A DNA stretch of 20,000 nucleotides from Cladosporium halotolerans. Taxonomy: Eukaryota. How positions within the stretch are numbered: the first letter of the stretch is position 1; each line of letters opens with the position of its first letter. Under the pieces are notes generated by a model. That model saw only the letters and a list, made by a program, of their open reading frames with translations, was not told where the DNA came from and did no database searches. A program made the position numbers and the translations under genes. The DNA is taken from contig NW_027191506.1 of assembly GCF_011745625.1 (NCBI RefSeq), positions 58,021-78,020 on the forward strand. Reading direction: 5' to 3'. Of this stretch, positions 1 through 10,100 are shown piece after piece.

Positions 1-1
1 A

Positions 2-115
2 AAGGCGCATTTGAGGCAAAGCCATAGCGCTTTCGCATTGAGCGTCAGGAGAGAAATCGAAGCATTCGTGAACACACTCACAGACGTTGCGCATCGACAC
101 GAAGAAGTCTACCCC
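2..115 (+). pseudogene. Fragment of a TLH/YR-helicase family member (copy A), N-terminal zinc-finger region; begins before the window and is truncated near 110-120
   Basis: Frame reads KAHLRQSHSAFALSVRREIEAFVNTLTDVAHRHEEVYP. It aligns with HLQTHHKRLSIEQRNDFVSRVEGCTELAKIHADVVYP (copy D) and HLREHHPQVGKEKRSRIAAIGVALEEVAHSKEEVVYP (copy E). Similarity stops after YP. Confidence 0.7.
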
Positions 116-651
116 CCACGGGTCCCCGGTGAGACCGGGCCCTCCCCTACTTATACCGGTCCTCGGATAACCCCGTCGATCCTTCGATTTTTACCTCGAC
201 GGCTATCGTAGCTACGGGGCTCTACCTATTTTTACTATATACCGGATTACTTAGACTATAAGGGAAAAATAAAGTCCCCCTTCTAGAGCGGATTATAGAG
301 GCTAGAAAAATAAATAGGTCGAGGGAGCTAAGTATCCCGAGGCTAGATATTCCTTATATCTTAGCCGTCTTAATTTTCTTAGGCTATTCCTATTTTTTTA
401 CGGTAGTATAGGGTATATACTACTTATACCCTAAATATCTAAGCCGGAGAAAATCTAATACCTTTTAGAAAATTAGCCGAAGGATACTTAGGAGGCCTAG
501 GGTTAAAGTACCTATAATTCCTTAAGTATATATATTTAGAGGGTAACTCTTAATATAATAAGCTTAGGGAGGTAAACTCTACCTAGTATATAAGTATAGG
601 TATCCTAAGTCTCTTACTTTTAGATATAGTAAGATTAGGGTTAGGGTATAT

Positions 652-1122
652 TTAGTATAATACTTAGCTAATTTTATCTCGAGCCCTCGATTTTTTTAGA
701 GCTTAATTCTATTTTTCCTATATAGTCGAATACTAAAAGAGTCTAATAAAAATAAAAGCTAAATAGGAAAAAATCGGAGAGGCGAGATAAATTTCCGGTA
801 AAATATCCCTTATAATTTAAGGGCGGATATTAAGGTTATAGCTTTATCTAGATCGATCTTAGAGATAGATATATCTCAGAAATATAAGCTTAGGGTAGCC
901 CCGGTCCCCCTAGGGTAGTTTATAGATTTAAATATAAGGATATAATAATTATCTCTATTATACTCCGGTTAGAGGTAGGGTTAGTAAAGTATTTAGCTAA
1001 TTTTAACTCGAGACCTAGATTTTTTAGGGCTTAGCCCTATATATCCTATATAGTCCTATACGGATAGAATTTAGGAAAAATAACGGTTAAGTAAATAAAA
1101 ATCGGAGAGACGAGATAAAATT
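652..1122 (+). repeat. Two diverged ~140-bp direct repeats (652-793 and 981-1122), each preceded by TTAGGG-like sequence
   Basis: Shared blocks TTAGCTAATTTTA.CTCGAG, CCTATATAGTC and AAAAATCGGAGAG.CGAGATAAA at an offset of ~329. TTAGGGTTAGGG at 635-646 and TAGGGTTAG at 976-984. Confidence 0.8.
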
Positions 1123-1234
1123 CGATAGAGTTTTCTACCTTTTTTTTAAAGAAAGTATTATCTAACTATTACCTATATTTAGAAGATATATCCCGCTAAG
1201 TATTAAGAGATCTATAGGAATTATCTACTTTTCT

Positions 1235-4200
1235 TTAACCTTTCTTAGGCCTTCCTCTCTTATTAGTCTTTATCCTTTTAGGTCTTCCTCTTCCCTTCTT
1301 ACTAGGTTCTCTCTTCGGAGTATTTTCTTTTATATTTAAATTAATATTAATCTTCTCTTCTTCTTCTCTTTCTTTTTCTCTTTCTTCCTCTTCCTCTTCT
1401 CCTTCTTCTTCTTCTAAAGATAGACTATCTCGATTAATATAAGATCTTTTAGAGTTAATATTAGATCTAGCTATACTAGAATCTCTCTCTTTACGAGAAT
1501 TAGATATAGATCTATTATCTAAAGAGCTATAAAAAGCTAAAGGCGGAGTAGCTAGTTCTAAATTATCTAAACTTAAATCTATAGGATTATTATAAGTAGG
1601 AGATTCTAAATTAGTAGTATTAATAAAATCCTCTATTTCCTTATTTTTAGGAGGCGATTTAATATTATCTAAAGCTTTTAGATTAGTAGAATCTAATTTA
1701 TTAGTATATTTATTAGTATCTAAAGAATTAGAGCTAGAATCTATGATAATTCGCTTATCTAAATTAGGTATATTCCTTTTAGAAGATAGGTTCTTATTTA
1801 ATATATTAGAAGAGCTACTAGACGAGCTACTAGAAGAGCTACTAGTCGAACTTCTCTCTAAAATATCCTTATCCTTTATAGTAGTAGGAGCTATAGAATT
1901 AGCGTTAATATCTAAAGATTTAAAGCTAGAGCTAGAGCTAGAGCTAGAACTAGAACTAGAACTAGAGCTAGAGCTAGAGCTAGAACTAACCCTAGAATTA
2001 GATTTTAGTAGATCCTTAGGATTAAAATCCTCTATTATAGTATCTATAGTAATATCTTTATCTAAATTAAAATAATTAAAGTAAATTTTAGAATATTCTA
2101 ACGATCTAATAGTTATATCTCTAGTTTTATTACTAAAATAGTTCTCTTCTCTAGCGTAGTTTAGATTAGACGTTAAGCTAGATCTATTAGCTAATATATC
2201 CTCTATTCTATTAGGTTCTTTTCTTTTATTATTATTATTTTTAGTAGGACTTAGTAGGTTAAGATTATTATTAAGAATCTTTTCTTTAATTATATAAGTA
2301 ATTAAATACCGATAAGGCTTTAGGGTTAGACCTTTACTAAAGTATAGTTTAGTCTCTCTAAAAAGTAAAATACTTAATCTAGTAGAACTTATTAAAGTCT
2401 TATTATTTTTTAAAAAAAGCTTAGTTTCGATAGTTTTATAGTTTAGGTAAGTAAAGTTAAGATAGTCGATAAACGGTCTAAGGATAGTAATATAATATAT
2501 AACGACTCTAGTAAGTCGAGGAGGTAGATATCTGATATTTTTATTATCTAACTTAGTAAAATCTCGACTTTTACTATAGCTAGTATTAATAGCTATTAAG
2601 TTAGACTCTCTATTAAAAAAGATATTTCTAAATTTACTAATATTACTATTTTTATAATTTAGAATAATAATTTCTTCTCCTCTTAGAGGACTACTAGTTA
2701 ATAGATAGATATTTAATACTAGTAATTCTAGAAATCGATCTAGCTTTTTAAGATATTCCTTTATATTACTTAGGAGGTTATCTCCTCTATTAAGGAAGTT
2801 ATTAATAAGGGTATTAGGATCGAGAAAGCGCTCGATAAGTATATCTCTAAACCTACTTAGATAAGTAGTAGTAGATAGGTTATAGTAAGGAGTTCTATTA
2901 TCTATATTATCGTCTATTCTCGAATAGTCTATATCGATAGTATTATTATAAAGGCTATCGTTTTTAAAGAGAAGTAACTCTCTAAAGAGTAAACTCTCTA
3001 TATTAGTTAAGATATTATTAAATAGATTTTTTAGTCTAGGTATATAAATATTAATATTATCGATAGCGATCGTATTATTATCGATCTCTCTAATCGGTTT
3101 ATAAGAGCTAACTATTTTATAATTATAATATTTCAATTTATTCCTAATATAATATAGTTCGCTAAAATAGTTATTAGAATTAATACTTAGAAGATTTTCT
3201 AGAGTACTTTTAAAGAATAGAGTAGGATCTTCGATATAATCCTCTTTACTATAAATCTTATAATTTAAATATCCGAGAGTATATAATCTACTATTATATA
3301 TAATAGCCGAAATAGCTTTTTCTAAAGTATCTTATCTTTTAAAACTATTAGAAGTCCTTTCTAAACTTCTTATAATATAGAAAGTTAAGGTAGGATTATT
3401 AAAGTCTCTATTAGATAGAAGGTCGACTTCTAACTCTATAGAGAGAAGTTTATTAAAAAGTTTAAGAATAAGTATCCTTATATTATATAATTCTTTAGGA
3501 TTTAAGGTATTATCTTTACTATTAGTTAGGATTTCTTTATAATATTTTAGGTCCTCTATAATATTTAATATATCTTCGTTAATAATAGGCGTATTATAAA
3601 TATCTTTAGATTTAGTACTAATATTATAGATATAGACTAGTAGTAAGCTAAATTCTCTAAAGTAGGATCTTTTCGTTTCTTTCTCTAAAGCTTTAAAAGG
3701 TCTAATCTCTCTATTAGTAGAATTAGAATTAGTATTATTAATAAGTATTCTAGTACTTAGAGATAATAAATCTATATCTAAGGATATTTCGTCTCCTAAA
3801 GTAATAGTAAGATTATAGAGTATATTTAAAAAGGTATCTTTAGCTTCTAAATCTTTATAGATAAAATCGTTAAGGATAGATAGATCTTTTCCTTCTAAGT
3901 ATTTATAAAAATTAGTAGTTCTATTAAGGAAAGATCCTTCTTTATTAATATTAGTAATAGTATCTTCCTTATATATAGTAGAATTAGCTATAGTATTATA
4001 CTCTATATTGAAGTTATTAATTAGATCCTTAGAAGAAGGATTATTTAAATTAGATCTAAGTCTTAAGTTAGAGCTCCGATTAGAGCTATTACTATTAGTT
4101 ATATTAGTATTAATATTAGGTAGCTTAGGTATAAAGGTTATAGTCCTATTATATTTAAAACCTTTAATAATAGTAAGAGGGATATCTTCTAATATATTAG

Positions 4201-4758
4201 GATTCTTAATATTACTAATACTCTTAAGCTTATATTTATCGATTAAATATATAGATACTACTTTATAATTAATATTAGTAAAAGAATCTACTTTAGATTT
4301 ATACCCTTCTAAAGTTAGAGGTAGGTCTTTATAATAATATTTATTAAATTCTAATTTTTCTAGATCCTCTAAGGAATAAAATCCTTTATTAGTTATAAAA
4401 GGCTCTATAGTATTAAGAATTAGATTAGTAGATTTTATATTAGTTTTATTATTAGAAAGATAATCTTTAAGGTGATTTTTCTACGAAAATATTAGTAAAA
4501 GGACTTTTTAATAAATTAAAGAATAGATAAACTTACTTTTAGGTGGTTTTTTATAGTATTATAAGTAGGATTTATATATATTTTACACTTTCGGCAAATT
4601 ATTATCTTTATATCTTCTAAATATAATATAGGAGTATTAGGTAGACCTATAGTAGAGCTAGGTTTAATTTTATTAAAACTATCCTTAGTATAAGGCTTTA
4701 GATCTTCGAGAAGATTATTAAAATCTACGTTAAAATAATTCTTAATAAGGTTCGACAT
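1235..4758 (-). CDS. Copy B: spliced C2H2 zinc finger + tyrosine-recombinase-like protein with Ser-rich/acidic tail and two AT-hooks, no helicase; ~1155 codons; exon1 4758-4537, intron 4536-4481, exon2 4480-1235; one internal TAA at 3332-3334
   Basis: Manual translation joins the 80-aa and 633-aa ORFs. The intron has a GTAAGT donor, CTAAT branch and TAG acceptor (56 nt, phase 0), and splicing rebuilds CRKC...NHLKKNH. The protein is colinear with the 15291 ORF (ILEDIPLTIIKGFKYNRTITFIPKLP vs VLENIPLQVLEGFPNNKKICFIPRLP; IYNSRL; SPLRGEE; KGLTLKPYR; ANRSSLTSNLNY). It ends in GRGRPK and KRGRPKK. Confidence 0.8.
1925..1988 (-). repeat. Hexamer microsatellite (AGAGCT/AGAACT)n encoding a poly-Ser tract in copy B
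   Basis: Direct reading of the tandem hexamers, matching the Ser run in the translation. Confidence 0.9.
4481..4536 (-). other. Spliceosomal intron (56 nt) splitting the C2H2 zinc finger of copy B
   Basis: Minus strand GTAAGT...TACTAATATTTTCGTAG; removal keeps the frame and restores the second His ligand. Confidence 0.85.
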
Positions 4759-4910
4759 TTTTTAAAAGTAATAGATCTTTTAAAAAGATTTTTAATTTAG
4801 TAAAATCCGAGGGATAGTCGATAAAGTAATCGATAAAGTAATAATCGATAGAAAAGAAGAGGAAAGGGTAGAGAAAGGAAAAGCGAAAAAGAAGTCCTTA
4901 GATCTTCCCT

Positions 4911-5017
4911 ATCTACCCCTCTCTACCCTTCTCTACCCTTCTCTACCCTTCTCTACCCTTCTCTACCCCTCTCTACCTCTTTCTACCCCTCTTTTCCCCT
5001 CTCTACCCCTCTTTTCC
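4911..5017. repeat. Tandem 10-mer minisatellite (CTCTACCCYT)n upstream of copy B
   Basis: About 10 units with some degenerate 9-mers; the purine-rich stretch AAAGGGTAGAGAAAGG at ~4863-4878 is its reverse complement. Confidence 0.9.
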
Positions 5018-5212
5018 CGGTAGATATATCGGTAATAAGCCCGGCTTTATTAATAAAAGAAAAGGGAGCGGACGGAAGCGGAGCCTTAACCCTAACCCTT
5101 AGATAAAGACGAATATAATAATATAAATAGTCCGGATTTTAATAGTAATATAGAAGGATTAAGTCTAAGGGAGCCTTAATTATTACCTACTAATATATTC
5201 TCTTATCTTTAG

Positions 5213-5398
5213 AGATAATAGTAAGTACTTTCTCCTTTATAAAAAATAATAAAAAGGCTAGTTAAGATTACTAACTAAAGTTATAGATTTAGTTATAAGC
5301 TTTCTAGGAAAAGACGTTTATACTCTCGACTTTATTAAAGAGACTAGAGAGATCTATATTTCGAGTTCTTTAAGCTCGGAAAAAATTATCGATCTCCT
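5213..5398 (+). pseudogene. Fragment of a spliced gene divergent from copy B, product unknown; intron 5221-5286
   Basis: GTAAGT at 5221, perfect TACTAAC at 5269-5275 and TAG at 5284-5286, followed by an open frame LVISFLGKDVYTLDFIKETREIYISSSLSSEKIIDL cut at 5399. Confidence 0.4.
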
Positions 5399-5633
5399 TG
5401 TTACAGTGAAGTGAAGTCAGGACTCAGGTCACATGACTTGGTCACGTGACTCGGGTCGGGTCACGTGACTCGCGAAGCCACGCCTGGAGGGCGCTTGGCA
5501 GCTGCGTACGGCTCACCTGCGGAGCGTAGGGGACTCGTCCGCAAAGTAGCGATTAGTCTTGTACTGGGAGCAGTGATTGCTCAGCAGTGTCCTATACGTT
5601 GCGAGATTTATCTTTTTAGATAATCCTTTATCA
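5399..5633. mobile_element. Possible solo LTR or LTR fragment (not RIP-saturated)
   Basis: Starts TGTTACA and ends ...TTATCA; three GTCAC[A/G]TGAC palindromes at 5428-5470; GC-rich island with CpA/TpG inside CpA/TpG-free DNA; no clean TSD. Confidence 0.45.
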
Positions 5634-5641
5634 GTCTCCCC

Positions 5642-6733
5642 GATACGACTCTATTAAATAAAGTAGGAGATAATCTAATAGACTTAGACTACTTTAAAGA
5701 TCTTAAGAAAGTCCCGTACTTTCTAGATAGAATAATTACGCCGGGAACTCCGTATAATACTAAACTACTTAAAGGACTAAAAGATAATAAACTAATCTTT
5801 AAATCTAATAAAATAGAGAAGTATAATAGGGATATTAATCGATTTCTAGAGTACCTTACTCTAGCTATCCTATTATTTAGCGGAGGTCCTTTAAGAGCTC
5901 CCGAGCTAACTACTATAATATATAAGAATATAGAGTCGAAGAATCGCTCGCTACTTTATAATAAAGATAATAACCTATTTACTATAACTACGGACTACTA
6001 TAAAAGTAAAAATATTACTAGAAAAGAAAACTTAAATATTAGATATATACCGCCTATACTTAGTAAGATATTACTCGTTTATATTATATATATTATTCCG
6101 TTTAAGGAAAATATACTAAAAGAATACTATAACCTAGAAGATTATAATACTCCGTACTTACTAGTAAAGGATAATAAGCTACTAACTAGCTATAATATAA
6201 CTACTATACTTAAAAAAGAATCTAGCCTCTATTTTAATAAAGGATTAACTCTCTATAGTTATAGAAAAATAATAAACTATATAATTAAAACTAAATTTAA
6301 TAATAAAGACTACTTTAGTAGTTCGGATACTAATATAAGCGATAATATAGAAGATCGGCAAGCTAATAGATCTACTAAAACTAGCTTTAACTATTACTTT
6401 AATACCGGATCCTATTTTAGTAATTTAAATAATATCTATAACCTAAATAAAATTAAGGAATTTAGTATTCTATACTTTAATTATTTTAATCTTTTAAAGT
6501 CCCGGGATATATCTAATAGTCGAGATATTAGTAAGGCTATAATAGATACTAGTATAGAAGATACTCCTAATTATAATAGTAGTAGTAATAATAACCTAGA
6601 ATTTACTATAAATACTAAGGATTTAGAGAGTAATATTAGGCTACTTTATAAGAATAATAAGCTAGGGTTTAAAAGTAAAGAGCAAAAAGACGGATTAATT
6701 AATATTACTAATAATATACCTATTATAACCTAC
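5642..6733 (+). pseudogene. Copy C: internal fragment (364 stop-free codons) of a YR-helicase gene, spanning the recombinase domain to just before helicase motif I; truncated at both ends
   Basis: Absent from the ORF track because it has no start codon. It translates DTTLLNKVG...FSGGPLRAPELTTIIYKN...TDYYKSKNITRKE...KGLTLYSYRKIINYIIKTK...EDRQANRSTKTSFNYYFN...FKSKEQK...PIITY, closely colinear with the 15291 ORF. Confidence 0.9.
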
Positions 6734-7177
6734 CATTAGAGGACGAAAAACTCGAGTCGAGTTGTTTGAATTCTCACGTAAATGAACCCTTAGGGTTGGA
6801 AGTAGGGAGTCGAGTTCTTTGCTTTATCTGAGACGTGTTTTTCGCTTTTACGATACTTAAAATGCCCAAATTTGCAGCTGGGCATTGCGATAAGAATCAG
6901 CTCACCGCACGCTCGATCGCAGCCGAATATTCGGAACGATGGTGCGGCAATGGTGTGCTGCCATCTATTGCAGATAGACGAGTTTGGGGTTCAGGTAGGG
7001 ATTCTTCCCCACAATACAGTGCCCTAGGCACTTACAGCCGACTCCTTCCACGCCACTTTAATGACAGACGCGAGACAATACTGCACATAGCTGCATTAGG
7101 AAGCGCCGATACCGATTATAACAAGAGCAGACTCTGTACCATATTGGAAGAATGCATATCTCATAGTTGGAGGAGTG

Positions 7178-10100
7178 ATGGACGATTTTCGACGTATCTT
7201 TGAAATTGACTCTCGCCACCGCATTTTGATCTGCCTACCTTGTCAATACGCTGTAATACCTTCACATACCAAGACGCATCTCCAGACCCACCACAAGCGC
7301 CTCAGTATTGAACAGCGAAACGATTTTGTCTCGAGAGTCGAAGGATGCACAGAGCTCGCCAAGATACATGCTGATGTTGTTTATCCATTGCCAACTGAGC
7401 CTCCGATTCCTAGCATCCCAGTGTATTTCGATGGCCTGAGATGCGACGGCACCGATATACAAGGCGACAGATGCCAATACATATGTCGTACTATATACAG
7501 AATGCAAGAGCACTGTAAGCGGGAACATCAATGGGTGAACCGACAAACACGCGGAGGTGACTCGCGAGCGAAACGAAGCCACACACAAAACAAGAGGTGG
7601 ACGGAACACCATGCATGCCAACGGCTATTCAAAGTTTCTACTTGGCAGAAATATTTCGAAGTCGCCCGTCAAAACATTGGGAGTGGCAGTCAGAGTCGAG
7701 CAGAAGTAAGGCACGACTTCTTCCGCACTCAGGAAAACGATGTGCGACAAGCAGAGCATGACGCCACCGAAGATGCTAATCGAGTCCACGGCTTCGACGA
7801 CCATGTCTCCGCCGTAGTCCCTTGGCTTAGAGAGACGGGCATCGCGGATCATATCAACCATCTCAAAAAAGACGAAATCCGAACAGCGATAACGGTTCCT
7901 CCGCCAGGGGGTGAGAGTGATCTCCGGGTAATAATCGACGCGATGGAGTCACTGCTACGAGATGCCCACAGGCTATGTTTCGACGGGCCGGACTGCATGC
8001 TGACTTATCAATGTCGAGTCGTCCTCAGCCGCTTCCAGCCGTCGCAAGTCGACCTGACAGGCAAGACCAGACCGTTCGATCCGTACAAAGGACCGAAGAG
8101 TCTTACGGCATACTTTGGAATAGCGCTTCGATTCGTGTCATATTTCGCTAGGGTTGTAGCTCCTGATGAGTACCACTTTAGTCCAGCAGCAAATACCGAC
8201 AATGATAGCGAAGGACAGAGGCCGGAGGATATTATCGGGGCAACAGATGAGCAGTTGGCGGCATGGCGAGACATCCACCAGATGACACAGCGGAGGCGCA
8301 CAGAACGGACCGAGGATGACAACAACGACAATAGCGACAACGATGAAGAGGACGCCGAAAGGGACAGTGAAATGAAGAAACGGCTTCTGGAGCTGTGGCT
8401 GCTTCTCATCTGCCACACCACCGGCGCTCGGCGATACCAGTCGCCTCTACTGAGCTTTTGTGCCATGCTCAGCATCAAGCCGTCGACGCGGAGTTGGATG
8501 GAGCCTGGCAACTTCAACAGCAGCCTCTCCGCCATGATATGGGTCGTACAATTGCTAGTGTTCTACGACAGCGCCGTAAAGGAACAGCAGGGATGTGGGG
8601 AGACGCTGAAACTGGTGAAAGCCTACTGCGACCAATATCTTCAACAGACCGTGGAGACACCTATGGGAGAGATACTCAGATGGCGCTTGTTATTATTCAA
8701 GGTGTCGGGCGCGACCGTTGGCACCCATGAAGCTTCTTGGGACGAAAGTGAAGAGGTACTCACATACGGGGACACCGAATTACGGATGGACCACATCCCG
8801 TCCCTGCTTGCGTCTGAGTACCGGGGGTGTTGCCAGCTCCTTTACGACGATCTGATGCTGGGTCTCACGAGTCTTCGCCGAATGAGTCCTCGGCTCCTCA
8901 AAGACGGTGTCAACGTCGATACCGTGAGTTGGAACTTCGTCCAACACAGAGACAACGCGACGATCCTCGATGGCACAGAACGAGCATTGATAAAAGCAAT
9001 GGAACGATCTGAGCAATTATGTCGAATCTTTCTTGTTGAGAATAGTCAGTCGCCCGGTGGATTGGCATGGAGGGAGAGCGCAATGGCCAGTTACGAAGCT
9101 ACCGTGCAGGAGTTTCTGAAACGGCTCAGCGTCCTCATACACATCAGTGGCGGGCAACCTGTACGGGAGAGCGAGTTCTTTTCGATGACATATCGCAACA
9201 CGCAGCGGCGACGGTCTATCATCATCCGCTTCGAGCGTGTGATGGTACACGTGCAGTACCACAAAGGCCAGCAGCAGACGGGAAGCTACAAAGAAAATGT
9301 CCGCTTCCTCGCCAACCCTATCGGAGAATTGCTGCTCGACTACATCACTTACGTCCTGCCGTTACGTGAGAGGTTTCTACGGCAGACCTCACCTGGATCG
9401 TTACTTTCCCCGTACCTTTGGGAGAAGGATGGAAAAGTGTGGCCGGAAGGCCATCTAAGTCGGTACTTGGAGGAAGCAAGTGTTCGGGCGTGCGTGCCGC
9501 GGCTTCACGTCGCCAACTGGAGGCAGATCACGGTGGCCATCGTAAAGACCAAGTTTGCTAGCCAGATCGAATGTTTCGATCCCGACGAAGGCGACGAAGA
9601 CGCAGAAGAGATCGATGCAACGATCAGGAGTATGACCGAACAGCGTAATCACAAAACACGGACAGTGAACCGGGCATACGCCAACCAGGCCGGGGCAGTT
9701 TTTGCCAATTTGTGGGATGGGAAAGTCCGGACGGGACTACAGGCTTCGACGCTGTGGCAGGATTTCTGGGGCGTAGGAATGATCCTCAAGCAAAAGAAAC
9801 GTGGGAAATTGGAGCAAGAATCTCGCTTGGCGAAACGGGTCGCTATGGGCATCTACCGTCCTCGGAAGCCTTGGTCGACCGAAGCTCTCCTTGGAGGGGT
9901 GAGGAAGCTGTATGGCAATAAAGAAGCAGGCTGGAAATCCGTCGAGCAGGAGCAAGCTCTCGCGACGATAATGTCGTGGACCGAGCAGGTAGTCGCCATC
10001 CTTCCCACGGGAGCTGGGAAGAGCTTGCTCTTTATGCTTCCATGCACTCTACCCGACGCCGGGGTAACAATACTCATCGTACCGCTCGTTGCACTTCACG

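Noticed and set aside
1743..2075. Plus-strand ORF with LELELE repeats (also 4008-4268)
   Set aside because: Antisense shadows of copy B's Ser-rich coding sequence.
200..6733. Dead, neutrally RIP-degraded transposon relic
   Set aside because: Frames stay open and residual CpA/TpG concentrate in conserved codons, although the copies at this locus may be individually inactive.
6835..7203. 122-aa ORF upstream of copy D
   Set aside because: GTG start, no motif, lies in the leader and has no equivalent in other copies.
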